DNA of 64,000 nt, taken from Octopus vulgaris. Lineage: Eukaryota. Shown here piece after piece: positions 53,054 to 64,000 of this stretch. Below the pieces are notes generated by a model, which searched no databases, was not told the DNA's origin, and saw nothing but the letters and a program-made list of their open reading frames with translations. Made by a program: the position numbers and the translations under genes. Each line of letters starts with the position of its first letter. Positions within the stretch are counted from its first letter, which is position 1. The stretch spans positions 29,822,001 to 29,886,000 of the forward strand of contig OX597828.1 of assembly GCA_951406725.2 (NCBI GenBank). The letters are read 5' to 3'.

Positions 53054-53578
53054 GAATGAGTGAGAGAGCAGCGCATGCCATCACAGTGATACTGGAGTAA
53101 AATATAAGTAGCCCAGTATAGGTATCATGACTACCCGTCTGATAAGGGTGCACCAGGCACATGCATCACAACCACATGAGCGCGACGTGATGATCTAACA
53201 CCAAGATAAACAGCACACGACCATACATTTGGGGGTCCACTTAGAGTTTTCTACTGCTCGAGTAGCCCATCCCACTCAAAAGGTCCCTGAATGAGGGTTG
53301 TTTAAGTATGTTGGACAAAACACCCATGTTTCCAAAGGTGAATTATCCAAACCCCAAAGAATTCCTCTTAACACATGCTTATGATGCTCCCCGGCTACTT
53401 CTGCCCGTGGTCAGGGATGCGCATATCGTCAACTACTAAATGTCATGCTCAACTGGTTAAGGTCAAACAACTGACAAGCAAATCTGTGGTATTGAGCAGA
53501 ATATTTGCTGTAGCCCATCTTGTATACCAAGACAGAACAATATACATGATAACACCTCCAATCATTTAAGATCAGAAG
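53054..53578 (-). mobile_element. Non-coding interspersed repeat ending in (AAT)n (second copy at 61757-62020)
   Basis: 53054-53320 is the reverse complement of 61757-62020 (e.g. CCCTTATCAGACGGGTA, GATGGCATGC, TGCTCTCTCACTCA). Confidence 0.75.
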
Positions 53579-53642
53579 TTATCATCATCATCAAAATCAT
53601 CATCATCGTCATCATCATCATCATCATCATCATCACCACCAC

Positions 53643-53687
<45 letters not shown>

Positions 53688-53714
53688 TATCATCATCATT
53701 ATTGTTATTATTAA

Positions 53715-53757
<43 letters not shown>

Positions 53758-53764
53758 TTATTAC

Positions 53765-54410
53765 GCTGCACAGCTTCTAACGCTGGAGATGTACTGCGGT
53801 GTCAGCTGTTTACTACCAGTGAACTAAAGTAACACCTATTATTTTTCGAGCACATTCCGGCGTATTTGAGCGGTTCCAAGCAGTGTTGCTTTCTTCAGAT
53901 GCTCCACCCTTATTACAACCCTTATTTCTTCCATGTACTTCCCAAGATTTTAGTCACTGTTCTCAGCGATCCCATTAATTATTGGTACTACTACCACCTG
54001 CTTTATCGACCACAACTGCTTAACCTCCCAAGGTAACCTGTATTATTTACCTACTTTTCTTTCTTCCTTATCGTATACCTTGTTGTCAGCTAGGCATGAT
54101 ATATCTATGATCCAGCATCGTTTGCGATCTTTCTGAATTAAGACTATGTCTGGTTTCCTATGTCTGGTTTCTCTGAATCATAAAATCCCATAGGATCTTT
54201 GCATTATCATTTTTGATGATGCCTTCGAGTTTATGTTCGTACTACTTTTTTTGCTCTGTCTTATCCACATTTGTTGCAAAGTGGCCAATGGATAATCCTT
54301 GCTATATTGTCATGACGTCTCTTATATTCCTTCTGGGCTAGTGGCGTACATTGACTGGTAACATGCCATACGGTTTCACCATTTTGATGTTTTGTCTATT
54401 CCTTATTGGA
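53765..54410 (-). mobile_element. Decayed R4/Dong-type LINE 3' fragment between (TAA)n arrays
   Basis: Minus translation HRKPDIVLIQKDRKRCWIIDISCLADNKV...WEVKQLW...VVVVPII...LLGTAQIRRNVLEK*. Confidence 0.85.
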
Positions 54411-54424
54411 TGTAATTTTTTTTA

Positions 54425-54567
<143 letters not shown>

Positions 54568-57004
54568 TACTATTATTATTATTATTGCTGTTACTGCTGT
54601 GCAATGAATATTTTTCCACTTCTGTTGTGATATTATGCAATTGTTGCCGCATGTATGCCTTAGCGTGGATAACATTCTGAAACAGAGATCGCTTGTTGAC
54701 ATTATTTATCACATGTGTTTTCAGCGATCAGTTGGTGTAGTCAATAGAGAGTCATCGTGATAATCATCCAATGTAGATTGTCAGTATTTCATTCCGACCT
54801 ACCTCCCTACATACTTCTAAAACAGCAAACATGATCGTAATTAACACATTGCAGGTGTGATTTAAACTTAACGTTAAGTACGAAGCTAAACAGCAACTAT
54901 TTATATGTTATGTTTCTCAAAAACTCTTATCACGTTCTCTACTGTTCATGCATTTTCTAAATAATCTGAACTGCTATCCCTAAATACTGGGCAACACAAA
55001 ACAAATTGTAAATGTATATTTATTTCTAGGCCCATTATTCAGTTATTCCTAAATGATGTTCCTGTACATCAAAATAACTCGATAACATTTTTTGAGAATT
55101 AGCTCAATTTAATAGCTTGGTCTGTATGGGGGAGGATGCAGGGCCCATAACAATTGCAGCCACCTCATCAACCTCATAATCTGTGGTAGATATGCAGTTA
55201 CCCTTCATTTGATTGATGAGATCATATTTTTCGATCGTATAAGATTTACGCAGTGTAGAGGGCATCGCCCCATCGGAATACATAATAACAGAACTTCGCC
55301 CTCTAAATTATAGGACACTTAAGACCTGTTGGTCAAAGAGCTTTTCAGTAAAAGCAACCAAAATATTATGCAATTTGCAAGCCAAGTGTGTTGTGCTTAC
55401 ATATTTTGGAAATACGACAAATCCATTGAAATCCTACATTATGCATAATTTGTTGAAAAGTGTTCTTACAGGTGCCGAAATTAGCGATCCATTGGTGAGC
55501 ATATCTGATAAGAACGATTCTATCACATTTGCGTGCGAAAAATAAGTACTTATTGACTGGTAAAGAATTCAAAGACATTTCCCTTTCATTTAAACATCTT
55601 TCTCTTAATCTGTAAATTGGTGTTAATATCCATAACAAGTTAACCCAGCTAAGATTGCAATAGGACGATAGAGTGTCAAGATTATTCAGTTCCGTTATGT
55701 TGTGCAATACATGTTTGTTGTATATCGGACTGTGATTCCTATTATTTCTATGTCGATAAATATTTAAGGTTCTACACATGATTTATGTAGCTTCAGCACT
55801 GATCTATCTTAATGGTTGTAAAATATTATGTACTTACGTGTAATAAAAGTGATGCAATATTTCGTGAGAGTTTCGCTAATGCATTTTTGCTCGAGTATTT
55901 CAAAGGATTGTTAATAACGTGTTTCATTCTGATATTCACTAAATATTAGAAGAATAACTATTCTTAAACATTGAAGATAGAGGGTATGCAACTCACAGCG
56001 GATAACAATGCATAATTGGTTCCATTATATTGGAGAATTAGGAACACAAGTGATATTAGAATACTCAGATGTGAACATGCTCTGGGGGCTGTAGTGCACA
56101 TAACAGCACTTTTTCACACCTCAGAAAATCGAAAGTACAAACTGAACAAATAGAAAAAAAAAGAAAGAAAAATGGAGGGGAAAAGATGATGTTCGTTTAC
56201 TCTGGTAATTGCTGATGACAAGGATACCCTACGGTAGTTTTCATTTGTTAATGGGATGCGTAAAATGATTTCACCGATTTTACTAATAGCTACATTAAGT
56301 GATAAAATACGTGGGATACATTCAAAGACCTAAGGAAGAAAGGGCACCGATGGGAAATGCTATGATGATATACACTGAAAACGTAGACGAAGGAAATTCT
56401 AAAATTTGAAGCGAATGTGGAACTATTGTTTGGCTATTAAAAGGCCATTAGCAGTATGATATACAATGAAATATTTGCCAATAACACTAAAATACGGTTG
56501 GAAACATTAAGTTATCACAACAAAAGTTACGCATCTCCCCCCGTAATAAAAGAAAATTTGAAAACGTACATAAGTTTTATGCGTCTTGATAAAAATTATA
56601 TAGAATAATATGTGACACTCATGCATACTGGTAAACTGATATAGTGTATATTTAATTTCGAATATATGTTAAAATGTATATTGCAATTCAGTAATAAAAA
56701 ATGGTTGCTTTAAAATATGCTGTTTCTCATTCATTGGCATATATTTCAATTGCAAAAATTTAATGAGAAAACGACTGCATATAGCAAAATATATAATGTT
56801 TGTGTAGTGGTTTACTTAAAACATTCATGATCAATAACAGCGTATCGCTATAGGAAGTCTTTGTCTAACTCAGGTTGATAGAAAAGACAAATACATTTAG
56901 TTAATTGCGTCAAAATCCGTTTTATGGCGGTTCCGGCATTATTACAATAATTTTTACTGTTTTTGATATGCTTTTAGCAGTATACATACATAAATACATA
57001 ATAC

Positions 57005-57047
<43 letters not shown>

Positions 57048-57468
57048 TATGTATAACAGTATACAAATATGCATGTATTCGCATACGACTACGCAAATAC
57101 AAACAAATCTATGCATATAAAATCTGAATAATATATAAATTTCAATAATCGAAAATTAGTTGAATAAAATGAATCTAGCTCAAACAAACACAAGTTTATA
57201 AGTAACGCTAGTACTCACTCACACTCTTCCTCTACCCTCTCCCCACTACCCCCTTCCAATTCTCAAAGTATCGTTTCATGTATAGTAGATGAAGAATACA
57301 CACACGCATACGAACACACACATGCACACACACGCACACAGACATATCCATACCTACTCACATACACCCCTGCCTAAACATGTAAATGCGATTATATATA
57401 CATATGTGTGTATGAGTGTGTGTGCGTGCGTGTTGGTGTGTATACATATATATATATATATGTGTGTG

Positions 57469-57544
<76 letters not shown>

Positions 57545-57581
57545 TGAAAATGGATGCGTGGCGTTCGATTAAGTAATAATA

Positions 57582-57617
<36 letters not shown>

Positions 57618-57618
<1 letters not shown>

Positions 57619-58056
57619 CGTAAAAATATGTTTGCCACCTAAATGTGGCTAACCATTAAGGCTTGATGCTAATGTAGCTTGTAGCCCCAGGCAGACATCT
57701 CCTCTACCTGTCTTTTGACACACTTTCTGTGCCCTATCAGAATTTACAAAGGAACGCCATCCTTCCCATCTCCAGCCTGATGTGATACACACGGCCCCGA
57801 GTTTCTGGGTATTGACCCGTCATCAGCATGGGAACCACTTCACATCGCCAGCCGTTGGTTGTCACACGCTGCTGACGGGTCCGTGTGTATCATATCAGGC
57901 TGGAGATAGGAAGGATGACTTCCCTTTGCAAATACTGATAGGGCACGGATAGTGGGTCAATAGCCAGAAGGAGGAGATGTCTTGCTGGAGCTACAAGCTA
58001 CAATAGCATCGATCCTTAAGGGTAAGTCACATTTAGGTGGCAAATATATTTCACGA
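57618..58056. mobile_element. Foldback/MITE-like element with ~180-bp imperfect inverted arms
   Basis: TTTGCCACCTAAATGTG/CACATTTAGGTGGCAAA, GCCCTATCAG/CTGATAGGGC and TCTCCAGCCTGATGTGATACACACGG/CCGTGTGTATCATATCAGGCTGGAGA pair in nested order. Confidence 0.8.
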
Positions 58057-58117
58057 TGTAGTGCAGCTACAGTTTATACTCTGAATTTATTATTGCTTAT
58101 ATATAATTTATTTTGTG

Positions 58118-58175
<58 letters not shown>

Positions 58176-58611
58176 AATGTAAAAAAATACAAACTGGGAC
58201 AAGAACGTAAAACATTTAGAAGACGATACAAAAAACAACACGGACAGGACATTCGAAGCCTTCAATCTTCAGTCAAGAACCGGATCATCTTCGCAATTTC
58301 GGCTGATTAATCTTGAGATTGCTCCGATCTGACCAACCCCAAAGGAAAATCTAAGCCAAGCGCATTAGATTCCTTGGAAGAAAGCCTCGAATGTATACAA
58401 AACAAGGACGGAAAACCGGACGTTGTTATACGAATAAAAATACAAAAATACGTAAAAACAATAATGATAATAATAACAACAAATATAGGAAGTCACAGAC
58501 AAGCGTCTTTTCGACAGGACAAGTAATTTTTGAGCTGGCGTTAGAAATAAGCCTTAGGGCTAGAGAGAGAAAAAAAATGTGTCTTGCCGAAACGGCTGCT
58601 GACCACGAAGA

Positions 58612-58666
<55 letters not shown>

Positions 58667-58715
58667 TCGGGGTGAGTACTTGATAATTATAAGCAATAAT
58701 TATATATATAAGCAA

Positions 58716-58770
<55 letters not shown>

Positions 58771-58994
58771 AAAGATAGATAGATATGTACGATGACGATA
58801 CTTGTACCGCCTACGCCTAAGAGACTATGCTGTCTGCATAACATCATTTCATCAGTTTGCTGACTGTATAGGGCTTGTTTCCACACATGTGCCTTTGGTT
58901 ACTGACAGTTGCTTTCAGGAATAGTAGGTAAACACCATCACCACTCTCTTTTTGACTCTCACTCTCTCTTTATCTAAACAGGATACATAGTCTG

Positions 58995-59268
58995 GAACGT
59001 GAAGCAGCATCAGCTGCAAATCCCGGTGTCGCCGCCCATAAGGAGGAGGAAAGAAAAACCAATAAATGCAGACACCTGGCCAACCATTACCAGTTTGTGC
59101 CAGTCGCAGTCAAGATGTCAGGTGATCTGGACCCCGTACTACCGATCTCATTTGGAAAATAGAGATAAAGGCGGCCCCTCGTTGAAGTGGGCCCCGAAGG
59201 TTGGGTGGCTGCTTCAGTGAAAGTCGCTGGCTATTCTCCATGGCAAGGCCATTGCGGTTATGAGAGTA
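58995..59268 (+). mobile_element. CRE-clade-like non-LTR retrotransposon C-terminal fragment
   Basis: PGVAAHKEEERKTNKCRHLANHYQFVPVAVKMSG and WLLQ*KSLAILHGKAIAV resemble AAxxAExxKxxKY...FVPxAVETxG and QRLSxAxxRGNA. Confidence 0.65.
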
Positions 59269-59351
59269 GGGTGTGGCTGAGCACAGCTGAGCGTGGCTGA
59301 GTACGTCTGACATGGCTGAGCAGGTCTGGCCAGAGCAGGGCACGATTGGGT

Positions 59352-59383
<32 letters not shown>

Positions 59384-59425
59384 CGTATGTATTACACACA
59401 CACACACACACACTTATACATATAT

Positions 59426-59457
<32 letters not shown>

Positions 59458-59633
59458 GTATTACATATATATAAGAAGGATGGCCATTAAGTGGACATCC
59501 ATTATGCTAGACGTAGTATGTTCTGAAAATATTTTTCTTCTAACCAGATTTGATACTTCTGAACATGGCTATTTTTCTATGTATGTATGTATGTATGTAT
59601 GTATGTATGTATGTATGTATGTATGTATGTATG

Positions 59634-59684
<51 letters not shown>

Positions 59685-61433
59685 CAGGGGCAGGCAACAA
59701 CATTAAAGAAATTATTTACTCTTATTATATTATATATACTCTATATATATATATATATACATACAACAATTAATGGGCTGGCTCCTCCCTTAATGCGTTT
59801 AATGCAAATAATTTACGAAGGGGAAAATGAAATTCCCTTGACCACTAGTCTAGTTTAGTGCACGACTTGATATGGTGTTGCGCTTACCGTATACTTAGAT
59901 GCACTATTTATATTCCATTTGTCCGTGGCGTTTGTTCTAGGAAACATTTGGAATATTCTGTACTTATTTAACCTTTAATTACACTTAGCTATGCTGATAT
60001 ATAATGCACACGCCAAGAAAAACTACATATTATACAGCACCAAATTATCACTGAAAACATACAAATGTCCTATATAAATCTTACAGAAAGCGTCTAACAA
60101 GAAAAGAATATTTCTTTCAGCCAGTGCCATATGGAATATCTCCGGAACATTATCCAATCCTATTTGGAAATCCAGTATTACAGGAATAGACATAAACATC
60201 AAATGGCTAATAAGATGTAGAAAACTAATCATATGCCAAGGGACCTGAATTTTATTAACTCTGACAGAATGAACAAAAAAGGTCAGCTTCATCAGACACA
60301 TTACTACAGTCTTAAAGAAACTGGTCTCATTTTTCTGCCATATCTAAAAATACATGAACACATATTTATGTCCCAATTTACTAAAGATGGCAAAACACAT
60401 TGTTGAAACCAGTAAATTGTAAAAGTTTAATTTTGATAGGAATATTAATAAAATTAAAATATATTATATTTATTATCAACAATTTTGTTAATCGTAAATA
60501 TAGATTTAACATTTTTATTTCTTTTTGAAGAATATTTCTGAACACCGTTCTGAAAATATCATTCTTCTTGCCAGATTTGAAACGTCTGAACATGGCTATT
60601 TTTCTAATTCTGAATAAGCAAACGATAAATTATATCATGGTACTAAAAGGTCAATGGTAGTATCAAAATATAATTCACTTCTTAGTACCATATAGAGAAA
60701 GACTAGATAGCCCCAAAGTGAAACGTTTGGCCTGCATAAATGGTTGATTTATAAATACTAATAACAACTTCATCATCGTTACCAACAACACCGACAACAG
60801 CGCGCAAAATGCAATCCTCGTATATTACGCCCATGTCATATCGAAACACAGTTGAAATTTTCTGAGTTCAATTTCAATAATTCGACAATCGACCAAGACA
60901 TGTCAAAAGAATTTTCTGAATATTGTCTATCGAAGGAAAGAAAATAATTTTTTTATCGACACATCATGTTTCTTTAGAAAATGCTGTAGTCTAGACGTTA
61001 TAAGCTAAGTTAAGCTAATGGAATTTAAAAATAAACCTTCTACAGTCATTCAAAATGTAAGCAGAATTACTAAGTGACATTCAATCGTTCAAACTTCTCT
61101 GAGTAAAACTACAAGAATAACTACGACAGGATTATGGCCAGATATGTCTTAAATTTCACATGCGAGCACACTCAATCGCTCACCTCTCTCTCTTTCGCTC
61201 TCTCTCTCTCACACATACACTTACAGACTCACCAAGAAATATGCAACAAATGATAGATAAAAACGAACTACAAGAGGTTCCGCCCTGCCTGCAAATAAAG
61301 CTTGTGAGTCGTATCTGAATGTTTCATGCTTTGTTTCACAAAATCTGTTATATGCACGTGTATGTATGAATGTGTATGTATGTATTATGTATGTATGTAT
61401 GTATGTATGTATGTATGTATGTATGTATGTATG

Positions 61434-61477
<44 letters not shown>

Positions 61478-61507
61478 CATGCATACATATATATATATAT
61501 ATGTGTG

Positions 61508-61552
<45 letters not shown>

Positions 61553-61756
61553 ATGAGTGTGTGTGTACTTGCGTGTGCGCAGCAATTTTAAGTATTGCTA
61601 CTATGTTTATCCTACGCTATGACTGCACAGATCGCAAAATCCCATATTATTGTTGGTCCAAGTTAGATTCACTAGGACCTACCTGACATAATATATCAGG
61701 AGTTTTATATGCTTACTGAAAGATGTTCATGTGTGTATGTTTGTGTATCTGAGTTT

Positions 61757-62020
61757 GTTTGTTCAACATCCTTAAACAACACTTATTCAGGGACCTTTTG
61801 AGTGGGATGGGCTACTCGACCTGAACAAAATTCTAACTGGGCCCCCACCTGCAAGGTTATGCGCTGTTTATCTTGATATAAGATCACCATGTCGCGTAAC
61901 ATATGTTTGTGATGCATGTGCCTGCTGTACCCTTATCAGACGGGTATTCATGATGGGTATACTGGGCTTCGTACATTTTACCCCAGTGTCACTTTGATGG
62001 CATGCACTGCTCTCTCACTC
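61757..62020 (+). mobile_element. Second, shorter copy of the (AAT)n-tailed non-coding repeat
   Basis: Matches 53054-53320; followed by AATAATAATAAT. Confidence 0.75.
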
Positions 62021-62033
62021 AATAATAATAATA

Positions 62034-62845
62034 GCAACATAGATTTGGTCTCTGAGGACAACACCAGCAGAATTATATTTATGTCTAATAATTCCAAGAT
62101 TAAGAATTCTATATACCAACGTAAAATGTCCTCCGGTACCGAAATCTATTTCTGTATTGGCGCTTCATCTTCTAAGTTATCTAAGAGAATTTCCAATCAT
62201 TATTCTTCATTTAGGGATAGCAGTAAACGCAATAGCACAAGGCTTAATAAATTGGTTTGGTATCTTAAAGACAGCAATAAAGATTTTATGTTAGATTGGT
62301 TCATCCTGCCCATCTTTTTCGCTTATGATAAGGGCAATGGATTCTATAACATTTGTAACTCTGAACTCTGAACTCCATATTCTCTTCTCTAAGAATCACC
62401 TGGTTAACACACTTATAGAGTGATCTTACAAATGTAAGCACTGGCAGAAACACACCTTTATCTGATATAAGTGAACATTTAGTTCACCTTGCACTTTACT
62501 TCAAAAGATCAATCTACTTCCAAACCTCTGAACATTTTTTAAACCAACATATCCCTCTATATTTCTCCTTTATTTGTTCTCTACTTATTTCTTTACCACT
62601 TCTTTTTCTATGGACTGCCTTTGACGTCGGATCTACTAACAGTTATTTTTTAAAATACTTAATAACGTTCTGTTTTTCATTTATGCAGTCATCAAAATTG
62701 TTGTAATGTCTTGTTGTCGAGATGGGTTCTCTTTCTTTCCCGATGCGAAGATTACATTATTTTACACCGTTTATACCTTTGTCTTCGAAACATATGTCGA
62801 AAGTAAAGGAATTTGCATATTTGTGTTCAACTTCATTTATTTACT
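62034..62845 (+). mobile_element. Penelope-like element 3' fragment: decayed GIY-YIG endonuclease plus terminal repeat
   Basis: SIYQ...FCIGASSSKLSKRISNHYSSFR...NSTRLNKLVWYLKD...DWFIL...NICNSE...CKH fits the Penelope-type GIY-YIG C-terminus. Degenerate hammerhead at 62728-62810. Confidence 0.8.
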
Positions 62846-62888
<43 letters not shown>

Positions 62889-62976
62889 ATATAAATAATA
62901 TATGTATATATATTATAATATAGATAATATAAATATATATATGCATGTATACATACATATATGTACATACCTACAT

Positions 62977-63034
<58 letters not shown>

Positions 63035-64000
63035 GCATATATGGGTACAGCTCGTCAAAAAAACTTAAACAAAATGAGAAATGAGAACATTAAAAACAAA
63101 AACATGGAAAACGAACAATTTTTTCGAACAACGAAAGAATCAAATAGCGAAACGAGACAGGCAACATTAAAAAATTCCCTTCATCAGTTGTTCCCTGTTT
63201 TATCTACTCCGCGTTTCAAAGGTAGGGACGAGACGCGACTTCAATAAAACAGTCGTTTCCGCAAAGAAAATTAAAAAAAACATTGGGATTTACGGAGGGT
63301 TAAAAGCAGAAAAGCAGAACAAGAGAGGGAGGTAGAATACAGACGGTGTGTATATATATATATGTATATATAAAACGTATTCAAGTGAATGGTTCATACT
63401 GAGAGATGTAAAGAGATCTGTAAAGAAAGTGCTACTGCGATTCTCTGTTCCGCCGATATAATCGGGTGATAATACTCAGGATTATTAATAATCAAAAGGA
63501 TTATTATTCATGTAAATCTATACATTTACTTTTCCATTTCCTTTTAAATCTCCATAGATTGAATTACTAATTTCTGTCTTGTGTTCTATAATATATTCTC
63601 ATGTTGACAATTCGCTATGTGTTCAGTGTTTCCCTTGTGTCACTCGTAACATTATGTATTACTAAATAAATATAGAATTTAATAATGAAATAAAAATAAT
63701 TATGTTATTTTAATATATGACTTCTTTGGAATTCCTCAAAGAGAAACGCAATATGATGCTTACAAGAGATTCTTATAGACATCTTATGATGTCTATGAGA
63801 ATTGCATTTATTTGAGGAAACTGGAGAATTTTATAAAGATTTACAACTTAATACTGAAGTTTAAAGTTAAGTAAAAATCGGGTATTTAGTAAAATTTCCA
63901 CTGGCTGAAACGGATATAACTTTCTTCGAACGGGCTTAACTCTCTGTCTGTGTACTCGAATCGTAAGATGTACTTTATTCTCTCTCTCAAAACACACGAG

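Noticed and set aside
55366-55779. 137-aa ORF in unique sequence
   Set aside because: No recognisable motif and composition not protein-like; cannot be supported without a homology search.

Overview
Eukaryotic, AT-rich, very repeat-dense DNA with no recognisable cellular gene, rRNA, true tRNA gene or CRISPR array. The SINE families and heavy (TA)n/(TG)n/(TAA)n/(CAT)n load look like an octopus (cephalopod) intergenic or intronic region; this is my inference. Most ORFs in the supplied track are microsatellite read-through. Supported content: about ten fragments of R4/Dong-type restriction-like-endonuclease LINEs, mostly abutting (TAA)n; three tRNA-derived SINE families; a decayed Tc1; a pogo-type terminal fragment; RTE, CRE and L1/Tx1 LINE remnants; Penelope-like remnants (GIY-YIG fragment, minimal hammerhead motifs, tail-to-tail palindromes); and a ~440-bp foldback. 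The most notable item is a 2.2-kb, apparently complete ORF1-only (HAL1-like) retroposon at 18442-20662. It encodes a gag-knuckle protein and splits a SINE just 3' of its A box with a perfect 17-bp target-site duplication. Its 3' stem-loop resembles those of an L1/Tx1 LINE end (31.9 kb) and one SINE tail type, which suggests a LINE/half-LINE/SINE trio that inserts into tRNA-like heads. Coordinates of decayed elements are approximate. No database search was possible.
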